Assembly (NCBI GenBank): GCA_964016885.1
Contig: OZ024743.1
Span: 199,082,001-199,146,000 of the forward strand
Reading direction: 5' to 3'
Length of the DNA stretch: 64,000 bases
From: Eledone cirrhosa
Taxonomy: Eukaryota
Shown here: one piece after another, positions 44,280 through 57,079 of the stretch
Layout: each line of letters opens with the position of its first letter
How positions within the stretch are numbered: the stretch's first letter is position 1
Notes under the pieces: generated by a model
Told to the model about the DNA's origin: nothing
What the model saw: only the letters and a program-made list of their open reading frames with translations
Databases searched by the model: none
Program-made: the position numbers and the translations under genes

Positions 44280-45293
44280 TTTGTATTGATATACAATTCC
44301 ATATATTTATAGACATGCATATGAATTTGCATGAGTATATCTACAAATAAATATATATTTAGTGTGCATAGGCATGAATGTTCAAAACTTTATATATATA
44401 TCATTATGATCATCACCATAATTCCCCTCATCATCATCATATTACATCCCTATTCTCTACTAGTATGGTATGGATGGGTTGTCATAGTCAGAAACCTGAA
44501 AGGTCAGAGTGACCAATCTTGCTTATTACATTCCATATTTGGAATCATTTCTATTGGTGGATGCTCTTCCTAATTCCAACACACTTATGGATGTATTTTT
44601 CATACCATCAGCATGTGTGTGCTTTTTGAGGCACCAACAATACCCCACTTTTCAGAATGATCTAACACTATACAACTTGGCACCATTGGGGTCGATAAAA
44701 TAAAGTACCAGTAAGACACTGGGATAATTGCTGGCCTTGTGCCAAAGGTAGAAACAATTATTACTGCAACTGAACATTTTCAGCTTAGTGTCCTTGGAGA
44801 AACACAAAATAAAGTGACCTTATGCCTGTGACCCTAACACCTTAACCACTATTTCACAAGGCTTCACAGCTGGTAGACATTTTGTTTGGTGTGTGTGTAG
44901 GGGGGAGGGGGGGGGTTAAATTTCAATAGTACTGAATGTAATTTTCATCACACAAACTGTGACTCCTTTTGCTTTTGCTAAAGAAATATACCTTGTTTTA
45001 TCTAATATTTTCTCCTGATAATCTGGAAATGTTATCTTTGAAAGACTAAATCCTTTCCATACAAATATAAATCTCAATACATTTATCATTACTGAAGTCA
45101 GAATCTGGAACTAAAAACTGGCTTATGATTCTTCCTCAATGTTTTTGTGCTATTATTTACAATGTACAAACAAACATATATATATAATTTCTGTCTTATG
45201 CACACAAATAAACAAGTACAAATCTTTGAGTATCTGTGTGTGTGCGTGTAAGTATATATGTAAGTATATTTGTATACACACACACACACATAT

Positions 45294-45344
<51 letters not shown>

Positions 45345-45412
45345 TATGTGTGTGTGTGTGTGTATACAAATATACTTACATATATACTTACACACACACA
45401 CAGATTTATATA

Positions 45413-45478
<66 letters not shown>

Positions 45479-45742
45479 CACATATATAGTCAAAAGAGAC
45501 AAGTTATCCACTTTGACTATTCTCAAATATTCAGATACGCTGCCTCCCTCTTGGACAAATATATCAATTTTCTATCACAGTCAGTGAACAATACCATGGC
45601 TGGTTACAGGGTTTCTACATTCACAATGTCAAGTAAGTAAGGGGTGCATTTGTGTAATCCAGTTCAAATGGACACCATGAGAAATTTTTCTTTGAAAACC
45701 CTTTTTCTCAACAATTATCTCTTGTGCCTATATACGTTGGAA

Positions 45743-45775
<33 letters not shown>
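39850..45775. repeat. Dense field of (TA)n/(CA)n/(TATG)n microsatellites
   Basis: Many long interrupted dinucleotide tracts; these account for the YIYI/VCVC/HTHT pseudo-ORFs. Confidence 0.95.
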
Positions 45776-45781
<6 letters not shown>

Positions 45782-45811
45782 AGATCAAAGGATGATTAAA
45801 AGAGTTCCATG

Positions 45812-45882
45812 TATTTTATTATGCGCATTTCAAAAACAAATATCATCATGGAATGATATCTGCGTTCTCATCAGATAAAATA
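45812..45882 (-). ncRNA. Type I hammerhead ribozyme with palindromic stem III
   Basis: Minus strand: TATTTTAT CTGATGA gaacgcagatatcattccatgatgatatttgttttt GAAA tgcgca TA^ATAAAATA. Perfect 8-bp stem I, long stem II, stem III ATGCGCAT. Confidence 0.8.
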
Positions 45883-46201
45883 GGGAGACATGATATGAAG
45901 CTTAAAAAACACTTGTGAGCAGTGAAGTTTTAAATCAACATATGAAAAATAAATTAAGATGGATGTATGAGATTGGGAAAAGGTGAGGGGGGGTAGGTAA
46001 GGAAGAGGAAGAAATAAGAGTAAAGGATGGTGGGGAGGAGTATAAGAAGGAAGGATGAGAGAGGAGGAGAGATGGGTGATAGAGAGAGAGAGATAGCCTT
46101 TACAACTGGGAGAAAATATTGTCTCACAGAGAGAAATTAAAAAGCCGCCAATATTTGTATTGCTTTATTGTGCTACAATAAAACTCACCTCCTACATATA
46201 T

Positions 46202-46517
46202 TTCATTTCATTTCATTTCATTTTACGTCCACTTTTCCCTGCTTTCAAGGGTGGGACGGGAACTGATTCTGGCTTGATTTCTACAGCTGGATGCCTTTCC
46301 TAACACCAACCTCGTTTACAGTGAGTGCTGGGTGCTTTTTTGCCGTGGCACCTCCACGACCACTTTACAGTGGAATGATAGGGACCCCAGTCCCTATCAT
46401 CTCATTTCTACAGCTGAGTAAACTGGAGCAATGTGAAATAAAGTGTCTTGCTCAAGGAAACAACACATCACCCGGTCTGAGAATTGAACTCGCAACCTTT
46501 CGATTGCAAGGCCAATG
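46202..46517 (-). mobile_element. CORE/Meta-type SINE with RTE-derived tail, head truncated
   Basis: Near-identical to the reverse complement of 59207-59543 but lacks the first ~25 nt of the head. Confidence 0.85.
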
Positions 46518-46529
46518 ACGAATGGACTA

Positions 46530-46591
<62 letters not shown>

Positions 46592-46594
<3 letters not shown>

Positions 46595-49500
46595 CAAAAT
46601 ACGGGGATCTTATTTAAAACTTACATTCTCGCTAACTACCCAATATCCATCCGACCCGCCCAGATGCACCACCCGCCCCACGCACCACCATTATTACGTG
46701 GACCAATCATAAGTCAGAGGCCTATACTATCACTTACCTGGTTGCCTTTCGATATGATGGATGGACTACGGAATCCTGGAGAGTTGAAAAGAAAAATCTG
46801 GAGGCTCAGTGACATTGCCAAAGATAAAGACAAATTCACCTCGTGGACGAGAATGCAAGCACTCCTCCTCTTTGTTTCGGCCGCGGATGGCTAACATAAC
46901 CATATAGCCCCCCCCCCGCGCCCCACCGCTCCCACCATCCAAACTCAATCCAAAACTTCAGAGTTGGTACCATGAATGTAGGTACCTTAAAGGGTCGCTC
47001 TAACGAGGTTGTAGAAATGCTTGAACGTAAGGAGGTCGATGTTTGTTGTATTCAAGAGACCAGGTGGAGGGGTGGGTCTGCTAGATTCATCGTGAGTAAA
47101 GAACGATGCTATAAGCTTTTCTGGGTGGGAAATGACAATGGGCTGGGTGGAGTAGGAATCATGGTAGAAGAAAAGTGGGCAGATAAGATAATAGACGTAA
47201 ATAGAGTGAACGATAGAATAATTAAAATAAGACTTGTCCTCAATAGAACTACGGTGACAGTAATATCTGCGTACGCACCCCAATCCGGACTGCCCAGCAC
47301 TATAAAAGACAGATTCTATGAGACACTGATGCTTACTACCTCCCAAATAACCAACACTGACTATATAATTATTGCAGGCGACCTAAATGGTCACGTTGGA
47401 CAACATTGTGACGGCTATGACGGAATCCATGGAGGCTATGGGTTTGGTATTAGAAATGAGGAAGGCTCCAGAATCCTGGAATTCTGTGACGCAAATAACC
47501 TAACTATCTGTAACACTAACTTCAAAAAACGAGACAATCACCTGATCACCTATAGATCGGGGGAACACACAAGCCAGGTAGATTATATCCTTACCAGGAG
47601 ACGTGACAGAGTGTCTGTTGTAAACACTAAATCCCTTCCCCATGAAGAATGCACGTCTCAACATAGACTCATAATCAGCGACCTCATAGTCAGGACGAGA
47701 CGTATTCGACAACAGAAGAGGACTATCCTCAGGAGAAAAATATGGAAATTAAAGGACCCCACAACCAGTCATAGATTTAAAAGCATATTACTTGATGCTT
47801 TTGATAGTAAGGAAGAGCAATTAGAGTCGTACAATATAGAGGAACAGTGGGAATTCCTGAAAGATAACCTGCTGAAGACGACAGATGAAACCTGTGGCTG
47901 GAGCAGGCCTATAGGCAGGAGGAGAGTAACTTGGTGGTGGAACAGTAAGGTGGAGAGGTCAATCAAGGCCAAAAAGCAGGCTTGGAAAGCATGGCGGGAT
48001 GGGGGAAGTAGAGAAGTCTATCAAGTGGCCAGGAGGGAAGCTAGGAGACAATAGCAGAGGAAAGAAAGTTCAAGCATGTTCTACAACGCGAGGACCAAAA
48101 ACGTGAGGTGTTCAGGATTGCTAGGCAATGTGTCAAGGAAAACAGTGATATTGTCGGGGAGAAGTGTGTCCTAAATGATGATGGTGTACTTGCCATCACT
48201 GACGCTGATAAGAAGGTAGCTTGGAAGTGTCACTACGAAAGGCTACTAAATGAGGAGAATAATTGGGAGAAAGACAGTCTCCCCCGCATCGACCCAATAG
48301 AGGGACCAGCAGTGTAAGTTGAAGGTAGTATAATAAGTAAGGCGATCAAAGACATGAAGACGGGCAAGGCGGCCGGGCCTTCGGAAATAGTTGCCGAAAT
48401 ACTGAAAGCATCTGGAACGGTCGGACACACTATGGTCACCCGGATAGTAAACCAAGTCATACAGAATGGGGTCGTTCCGAAGGACTGGCGCAGCAGCATC
48501 ATCATTAACTGCTACAAGGGTAAAGGTGATGCCCTAGATAGGGAAAACTATAGAGGCATTAAATTAATTGACCAGATCATGAAGGTCACAGAAAAAGCAA
48601 TAGCGCAACTAATCAGAGAGCGAATTGATCTAGACGAAATGCAGTTCGAGTTTGTGTCAGGTAAAAGTACAACAGACGCTCTTTTCATTGTACGACAACT
48701 ACAGGAGAAGTACCTAGCTAAAAGTAAACCCCTATACTTAGCTTTTGTTGACTTGGAGAAAGCCTTTGACAGAGTACCCCATTCGATTATCTGGTGGGCC
48801 CTTAGAAAACTAGGTGTTGATGAATGGCTTGTGAGAGCTATACAAGCCATGTATAAAGAAACAGCCAGCAAGGTTAGAATTAACAACGAATATAGTGAAG
48901 AGTTTAGCGTAAAAGTTGGTGTTTTACGCTAATAGCTGAATCAATGGCTGAACTAGAGAACACATTCCAAACATGGAAGCATGGCCTAGAATCAAAAGGC
49001 CTTAAAGTTAACTTGTCTAAGACTAAAGTTCTAGTTTGTAGGAAGGAAAATAGGGCACCGGTCCCATCTGGGAAATGGCCATGCTCAGTGTGTAAGAAAG
49101 GAGTAGGTATAAACTCCATTTTATGTCCCAAATGCAAAGTATGGGTACATAAAAGATGTAGTGGGATCACAGGTAAACTATCTAAGAATATAGATTTTCT
49201 ATGTGACCGGTGCTCTGGTGCAATAAGTAGCAGCAAGTGCCCACAGAATACTAACTCATTCCATTGCACAGATGGTTCTATAGAAATAGTGGACAGCTTC
49301 CGTTACCTGGGTGATAAAATCAGCAGTGAGGGAGGGTGCTCTGAAAGTACAGTAGCTAGGGTCAGAACGGGATGGAAAAAGTTCAGAGAGCTTATACCAC
49401 TATTGGCCGCTAAAGGGTTCTCTCTAAAAATGAAAGGCAGGCTGTATGATGCCTGCATACGAACAGCAATGTTACATGGCAGTGAGACCTGGGCATTGTG

Positions 49501-50252
49501 TGCAGAGGATATACGCAGACTGGAGAGGAACGAAGCTTGCATGCTTCGCTGGATGTGTAATAGTAACATACGTGAACGGCAAAGCATAAACGTACTAAGG
49601 GAGAAATTAGAAATAAGAGGGATCAGAGGTTGTTTACTCGAGAGAAGACTACGTTGGTATGGTCACGTGATGCGCATGAAAGACGACAGCTGCATAAAAA
49701 AGTGCAGGGCAATAAAAATAGACGGTAGCCACGGAGTAGGCAGACCCAGAAAAATCTGGGATGATTGATAAATTCCGACCTCACACACTTACACCTCTCC
49801 AAGACAATGTCACTGGACCGAGAGCTTTGGCGCTACACAGTAATAGAGAAGACCCGCCTTACCTAAGTACAAAGTGAAACCTACTACAGTCAGTAGGCAC
49901 CTCTAACAAAATACACCCCGTCCCACTACCCCCACCCCATCCACACCACCCCTTCAATGTAAAGTTATGTTGGTGTCACAACATCCAGCCCGAAACAAAT
50001 GAGGTCATGTAGGCGTCACGACAAAAAAATACAGTCCACGCTGTAATGTGGCCGTGTAGGCAACACGGTAAAAACCTCCCAGCCCCTCACTGTAAATGTG
50101 GTTGGTGTTAGGAAGGGCATCCAGCCGTAGAAAACCCGCCAGACAATCCTATGCGAGCAAGACAACCACACTTGCCTCAAGTGGGAAAACCCCCGTCCAA
50201 ACCCATGCTAGCGTGGAATATGGACGTTAAACGATAATGATGATGATGATGA

Positions 50253-50256
<4 letters not shown>
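46592..50256 (+). mobile_element. Near full-length RTE-clade LINE inserted in (TA)n
   Basis: About 300-bp 5' region, a single APE-RT ORF in pieces, ~370-bp 3' UTR and (GAT)n tail, with (TA)n on both sides. Confidence 0.95.
46887..49866 (+). pseudogene. Disrupted RTE polyprotein: APE endonuclease + reverse transcriptase + PHD-type zinc finger
   Basis: APE motifs (TMNVGTL, CCIQETRW, SAYAPQ, AGDLNGHVG, SQVDYIL, SQHRL) and RT motifs (KGKGD..NYRGIKL, AFVDLEKAFDRVP). Lesions: frameshifting deletion ~48050, stop 48315-48317, deletion ~48922 removing QG..LSP and YADD, and a 1-nt deletion ~49765. Confidence 0.93.
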
Positions 50257-50324
<68 letters not shown>

Positions 50325-50326
<2 letters not shown>

Positions 50327-51432
50327 TTATCCTCATCATTTCCAACACACCAACTTTCCACTCATTGCATTTCATTGTCATCTCCACTGTGAGTCTCAGA
50401 GACTTTAGATCAGGTCTCACTACCTTCACCCACGTTTTAGTAGATCTACCTTTACTGAGCTTGCTACTACCCCTGGGATTTCTGGTACATCTTCACCCAA
50501 ACATCATCAGCCAGCATATGTCCGTACCAACACAGTATTCTCAGCAATTTGGATTACTATTAAACCCACTTTTTCCTTCAGTTCATCCAGGCTCTGCCTT
50601 TCTCTCACATTTACATTACACATCTAACGAAGCACGATAGCTTCATTTTTCTCCAGCTTACGAATTTCATCTGTAGCCACTGCCCATGATTTGCTACCAT
50701 GCAGCATTGCACTTTGCACACAGGCATCATACAGCCATCCTTTTGTACATAGGTGGAAACCTTTTGTTTTTAGCTATTATGCTTTTGGAACACCATCCTC
50801 TGCTGCTACTTACATCACCTAGATAGCAGAAGCTATCAATGACTTCTATGGATCCTTCATGTGAATGGAAAAGATTTATATCACTTACACTCTTCCCCTG
50901 GATTACTCCTGTGCATCACTTAAATACAAAGTCTTCCCTTCCTGTTAGTCAATCTGGTATCTCACTACATCTGCTGTATAGTCAAGATTTACATTGTGTA
51001 CATTATATAGAAAGGGCTACATCGCTGAAGCAATGAAGTCCTATCTTCTATCCTATTTACTAGCATTTTAGTTTTGGTTAAATTTGCTCTCAGACCTGTT
51101 GATTCCAAAATTCCGTTTCCATTGCTGGAAGTTATTCTCTAGTTCTTTTATGGTTTCAGCTATGAGGACCAGATCATCTGCATAGAGATGAGCACCCAAT
51201 CTTAAACCTCTCTGTTATGGCCTGAATATAACAGAATGAGGTGCACTGTCTTTTCTAGATCAACAAAAGCTACATATAGTGGCTTATTTTTAGCTAGAAA
51301 CTTCTATTGTAGGTGTCTCACTGAGAAGAAAGCATCTGTAGTACTTTATCCAGACATTAAAGCAAACTGCATCTCATCCAATTTGTTTCTTTTCCTAATT
51401 AGCTGTGCTAGAATTCTTTCCATCACTTTCAT
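50325..51432 (-). mobile_element. Older degenerate RTE fragment
   Basis: Minus strand retains LYADDLV (~51168-51188), LYVAFVDLEK and LYDACVQSAMLHGS-like segments. Confidence 0.8.
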
Positions 51433-51935
51433 ACATATATCATCATCCTCGCCATTTCAACATCTGCTTACCCTGATATCAAGCGTTGGACAATTCTCCA
51501 TACACCAAGTCAGTCCTGAAGCAAGGTTACTGACTTTCCAGATGTCCTATGAGTCTGTTCTATTGCATGCAGATTCTACCAAGCACACAAGAGCAGGTAC
51601 ACATGACTGAAGGCTCCTGTCAATTCTTTGCTGCACAAGCTTTCTATGGTTGGATGTGTTTCTTATCACCAACCTCTTTACAGCTTGTACTGGGAGCATT
51701 TATTATCTAGATTACCAACAATAGAGAGTTTGCCATACCATGACATGACTAGAGAGTCCTTTTGACCATTTTATTTTTTTTATGATTATGGGAACACTGA
51801 AGTGTAGGAGGTGGAACACAACAGTGTTAGAAATAGGGTGGTGTAGGATGAAGGGAATAGAGAGGTCATAGGCGGGGTGCAGAGTGTAGCTACTACAATG
51901 CAATTGTGGGATGTCTAATGTCTTTATATATATAT

Positions 51936-52483
51936 AATAAAAAAGAAAATTTTGCTCTACATGGCTGAATACAATAAATGTAATCTGAGTTTTTCGAATA
52001 TTAATAATGACATTCGATTCGTTTGCAATTATGCAAACAAGCCTCAATTTTTGTATTCAGCCATGTAGAGCGAAATTTTCTTTTTTATTTGAATTTGGCA
52101 AGGCCGGCCATTTATCATTCGTATACAAGAAACTGGCTGGCCAGTCTGCTGATATGCAAATCTGGCTGATCAGTGGATCTGCTAATATGCAGATCTGACT
52201 GATCAGCCAGTCTGCTAGTATGCCAATCAGGCCTATCAGTGACTGTGTATTTTTGAAAATAGCATATACTTTCATTAGCTCTGACAGTTTGGTAGGTGAA
52301 CAGTGAGCTGTACTGATGAAGGGTGATACCCAGAAACATTAGTGTCTGCAGTTCTGTTTACATACCAGCTTAAGAGCAAGAATGAAGTGTTCATTCTACT
52401 GACATGGCTATAAAATTGAGGCTCGTTTGCATAATTGCAAATGAATCAAATGTTTTTATTAATATTCGAAAAACTCAGATTAC

Positions 52484-52489
<6 letters not shown>
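51936..52489 (+). mobile_element. Second hammerhead-bearing element: 438-nt monomer (52051-52489) preceded by an inverted tail+head segment
   Basis: 51936-51974 is the reverse complement of 52051-52089; 51974-52051 is the reverse complement of 52412-52489. Internal ~33-bp repeats at 52133-52240; (TA)n on both sides. Confidence 0.8.
52290..52367 (+). ncRNA. Canonical type I hammerhead ribozyme
   Basis: TGGTAgGTGAACAgtGAGCTGTA CTGATGA a GGGT gat ACCC a GAAAC attagt GTC^TGCAGTTC TGTTTAC a TACCA; predicted cut after C52346. Confidence 0.9.
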
Positions 52490-52542
<53 letters not shown>

Positions 52543-52545
<3 letters not shown>

Positions 52546-52707
52546 TCATCATCATCATCATCGTTTAATGTCTATCTTCCATACTAGCATGGGTTTAGAC
52601 AGGAATTGTCCCACGTGAGGCAAGATTCGTTGTCTTGCTTGTATAGGACTCTCTGGCAGATTTTCTACGGCTGGATGCCCTTCCTAACACCAACCACGTT
52701 TACAATG
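52543..52707 (-). mobile_element. Short RTE 3'-UTR fragment with (GAT)n tail in (TA)n
   Basis: Reverse complement matches ~50090-50250. Confidence 0.8.
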
Positions 52708-52732
52708 TATATATATATATATATATATATAT

Positions 52733-52934
52733 CAAGATGGATTCAGTAAGAAACTGGTTAGACCATTTCTCACCAGATTACTCGATACTAGGGGTAGTAG
52801 AGTGTCGTTATATGAATGAGTCAGGGCCTGGATGGCTGACCACTCGCCAGTTCAACAACAAGTTCTAGACTGTCTGGAACTAGCTGTTGAAACAGCAAGT
52901 GCTCAGCTGTTGGGGTCATGACTTCTTCATATAT
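52733..52934. mobile_element. Diverged copy of the (TA)n-flanked hairpin element
   Basis: Degenerate palindrome 52809-52934 centred ~52871. Minus-strand tail CACTCTACTACCCCTAGTATCGAGTAATCTGGTG matches CACTCTATTACCCTAAGTATTGAGTACTCTGATG at ~1237-1270. Confidence 0.65.
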
Positions 52935-53255
52935 ATATCTATGTATAGGTATGGTCCCAGCCTTGCAAGCAGGAAAAAGCGGATGTAAAATGAAATGATG
53001 ATGATGATGTATCCATTTTATCATTTTTATTATCATTGCCATTTTGCATTTGTTTTCCATGCTGGTAAGGGATTGTGACATTTTTAGTTTAGGTTGCTTA
53101 AATGACCACATCTTGTGCATACATTCCATTTTCGCATGATTTCTACAACAGTAATGACCTTCTTCAGGCCAATGAGGCTCTCTACAGATGAAGTTTGGAG
53201 GTTATTGCTAATGTTTTCTTTGAAAAGTGAAATGTATACTATGTTTTAAAATGTG

Positions 53256-53652
53256 AAGGTGCATGGCTTAGTGGTTAGAGCATTGGGCTTGCAATTGAAA
53301 GGGTGTGAGTTCAATTCTCAGACCGGGTGATGTGTTGTTTCTTTGAGCAAGTTACTTTATTTCACATTGCTCCAGTTTACTCAGCTGTAGAAATGAGATG
53401 ATAGGACTGGGGTCCCTATCATTCCACTGAAAAGTGGACATGTAGGCGCCACAGAAAAAAAGCACTCAGCACTCACTGTAAATGAGGTTGGTGTTAGGAA
53501 GGGCATCCAGTTGTACAAATCAAACCAGAATCAGTTCCCGTATGAGCAACACAAGGTCAGCCGACCGAACACTGCCCACAACAGGACAACCCGTCTAACC
53601 CATGCTAGCGTGGAAGAACGGACGTAAAACGGTGATAATGATAATGATGACG
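53256..53652 (+). mobile_element. CORE/Meta-type SINE with long RTE-derived tail
   Basis: tRNA-like head (TGGCTTAGTGG; GAGTTCAATTCTC), core, and tail ending CCCATGCTAGCGTGGAAGAACGGACGTAAAAC plus GAT-type repeats. Confidence 0.85.
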
Positions 53653-53735
53653 ATTGAGTGCTCATTCATTTAATGTTTGACTGTTTCTATGTATAATCAT
53701 ATATAAAACTCTCTGGTTAAAGTACATATATATAA

Positions 53736-53806
<71 letters not shown>

Positions 53807-53988
53807 AGAGAGAGGGGGAGGGGATGTTTTGGAACGCACTCACAAAATCGTTGTACTGTAAGAGATTTCCTGATAAATATAAATACACAGATTGAGACAT
53901 ATTTGAGGGTTTGTGTAGGTATTTGTATGGTTCTTTACTCAGAACAATTGCAAATACATACTCAAACAAACACACATATATATATATG

Positions 53989-54640
<652 letters not shown>

Positions 54641-55099
54641 AAATATATATATATATATATATAATTTAATACAATAACAGAGATAGTTTAAAGCTAATCT
54701 CTGACTGGTAACCATCTCACTCAACAAACATTAGGTTATATTTTAATATAAACCCAATTTAAGTGTTTGGGGTGCTAACAATATGTATTATGTGGAAAAG
54801 CCAGTTGTATTATTTTATGAGATATAATTAAAGTTAAAATATATCTCTCTTTCCAAACAATTGTTTCATTATAAGTTTTCTACAAATTCGGAGAATATTT
54901 CCAGTTTATGTAGAAGCCTAATATATATATATATATATACATGAGATTATTCACATAAATATAGAGTTATGTGAGTATACATTACTATTTCTGATGTTTG
55001 AACATATATACATACAGACACATCATCATCATCATGAACATCATCATCATCATCATCATCATCAGCATTTAATATTCATTTTCCTTGCTAGCATATGAT

Positions 55100-55154
<55 letters not shown>

Positions 55155-55436
55155 CACTTTCTCTATTTATGTTTATCTATATATTTATCCATTTGTCTCC
55201 CTCTCTCTCACTCTCTCACACTTTCTCTCTTACACTTTCTCTCTCAAATTTATATATATTTATTATTTATATATATATTTATTATTTATATATATATATT
55301 TATATGTATATTTATGTTTGTATATGAATTTATATATGTGTAAATATATATATACAGACATATGTGCATATATATATATATATGTGTGTGTCTGTGTGCA
55401 TATGTACACACACACACACTCGTATATATATACATT

Positions 55437-55476
<40 letters not shown>

Positions 55477-56083
55477 TCATTGTGAAGTAGTGTGGAAAAT
55501 AAAGCTTCACTAATGATGGTTCATATCAGTCATTTAGAAAACATTAAACAAAGTTATTAAACAAAAACAATCTTACAATTCTAGAATATTTCTTTGTTTT
55601 GTGGGTTTTTGTGTTTGTTTTCTTACATTTTTCCTATAAGTTACCGAAGACGACCAGCAGTTGGCAGTATCTTCTAGCCTCTGGCACTCGCAAATGTTTT
55701 TCTGTTTTTATTTGCTATATTGTATGTCTTTACAATGAGACAGAAGATCAGCCAAAAGCATGGCCCCATTGCTTCAAATAATAAATGAAGCTTCCAACAG
55801 AGATCTTCCGACTATAATGGTAATAAGAATGCCTTGAAACTATAATCTGCTTCTGTACGTGAATGATAGCAATGGCAATGTGATCTTTCAACGAATTGCA
55901 GATAAATAATATTTTTAAATATATAAAAAATTGTCTTTTGAAGGAACAACATAGATTAAATAATAGATTTTTTTTATATTCTTTGTTTCATCTTGAAGGG
56001 AGAAGAATGAAAATTATCAGTTACAACTTTTTTAATCAGTTATATTTTATTTGTAATCATTTATATTTCAAATTTTATCATAT

Positions 56084-56130
<47 letters not shown>

Positions 56131-56219
56131 AATATATATACATATAAAAAAATGAGATTTTTTTCCTTATATATATATATATATACAATATATATATATA
56201 TATATATATATATTCATAC

Positions 56220-56260
<41 letters not shown>

Positions 56261-56865
56261 TACATATATACATATATATGTATGTATTTGTCATTACTTC
56301 GTCTTACACAATTAGTCTACTTTTGTAATTCTTACTGAAAATATCTTCTGGTTAAAGACACTATGGAAGCTTAATTGTTGCTATGAAGATATTTCTTGAC
56401 TATTGGCATATATTTAATGTCATCCTTTATATTATTCAACGTTATGTCAATGAATCTCCATTATTTTCTTTCGCTCAATTATTTCTGTTTCATCTCACCC
56501 AAAGCCAACCATATTTTGTAATATCACAGAACAATATTTTATAGCTATATCCCTCTGTTTACTTTTCAATCTTATTTCTTTCTCTTGAAATAATCATAAG
56601 AATAAAGTTTGTTGTTGTTGTTTTTGTTATTGTTGTATTTAGCTTTTATTTTATATTTTATTTATTATTATTTTTTTTTTTTGACCCTTCCTTTTTTGGT
56701 TTTGACATCTGCCAGTAAATATTCAAGTGAAATTTATCAATAAACATTGGATGTCATAAATTATTACCATTTCATTGTTTGGTCATTTCGTAACATTCAT
56801 AGAAAAACAGACATTTTTCTGTATCTGTTATTGATTCTGCTGCTGTTGTTTTGTTATTATATTGG

Positions 56866-57045
56866 ATGATGATGATGGTGATGATGGTGATGATGGTGAT
56901 GATGATGATGATGGTGATGGTGATGATGATGATGATGGTGATGATGATAATGGTGGTGTTGGGGTTGGTGGCAGTGATGATGGTGATGATGATGGTGGTG
57001 GTGGTGGTCATATTGTTGGTGGTGGCAAATGATGATGATGATGAT

Positions 57046-57079
<34 letters not shown>

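Noticed and set aside
46830-46900. Possible HDV-like ribozyme in the RTE 5' region (CACCTCGTGG, CTCCTCCTC, GGCTAA)
   Set aside because: I could not build the P1/P2/P3 nested pseudoknot by eye; needs a descriptor search.
47872-47895. CTGAAGA...GAAAC inside the LINE ORF
   Set aside because: No stems and no NUH triplet; a chance match in coding sequence.
53256-53330. tRNA-like sequences with box A/B (also in all other SINE heads)
   Set aside because: They continue into SINE core and tail and lack a complete cloverleaf; not tRNA genes.
55630-55900. Unique, higher-complexity stretch after a polypyrimidine/AG site
   Set aside because: All three plus-strand frames stop early and there is no recognisable protein motif.
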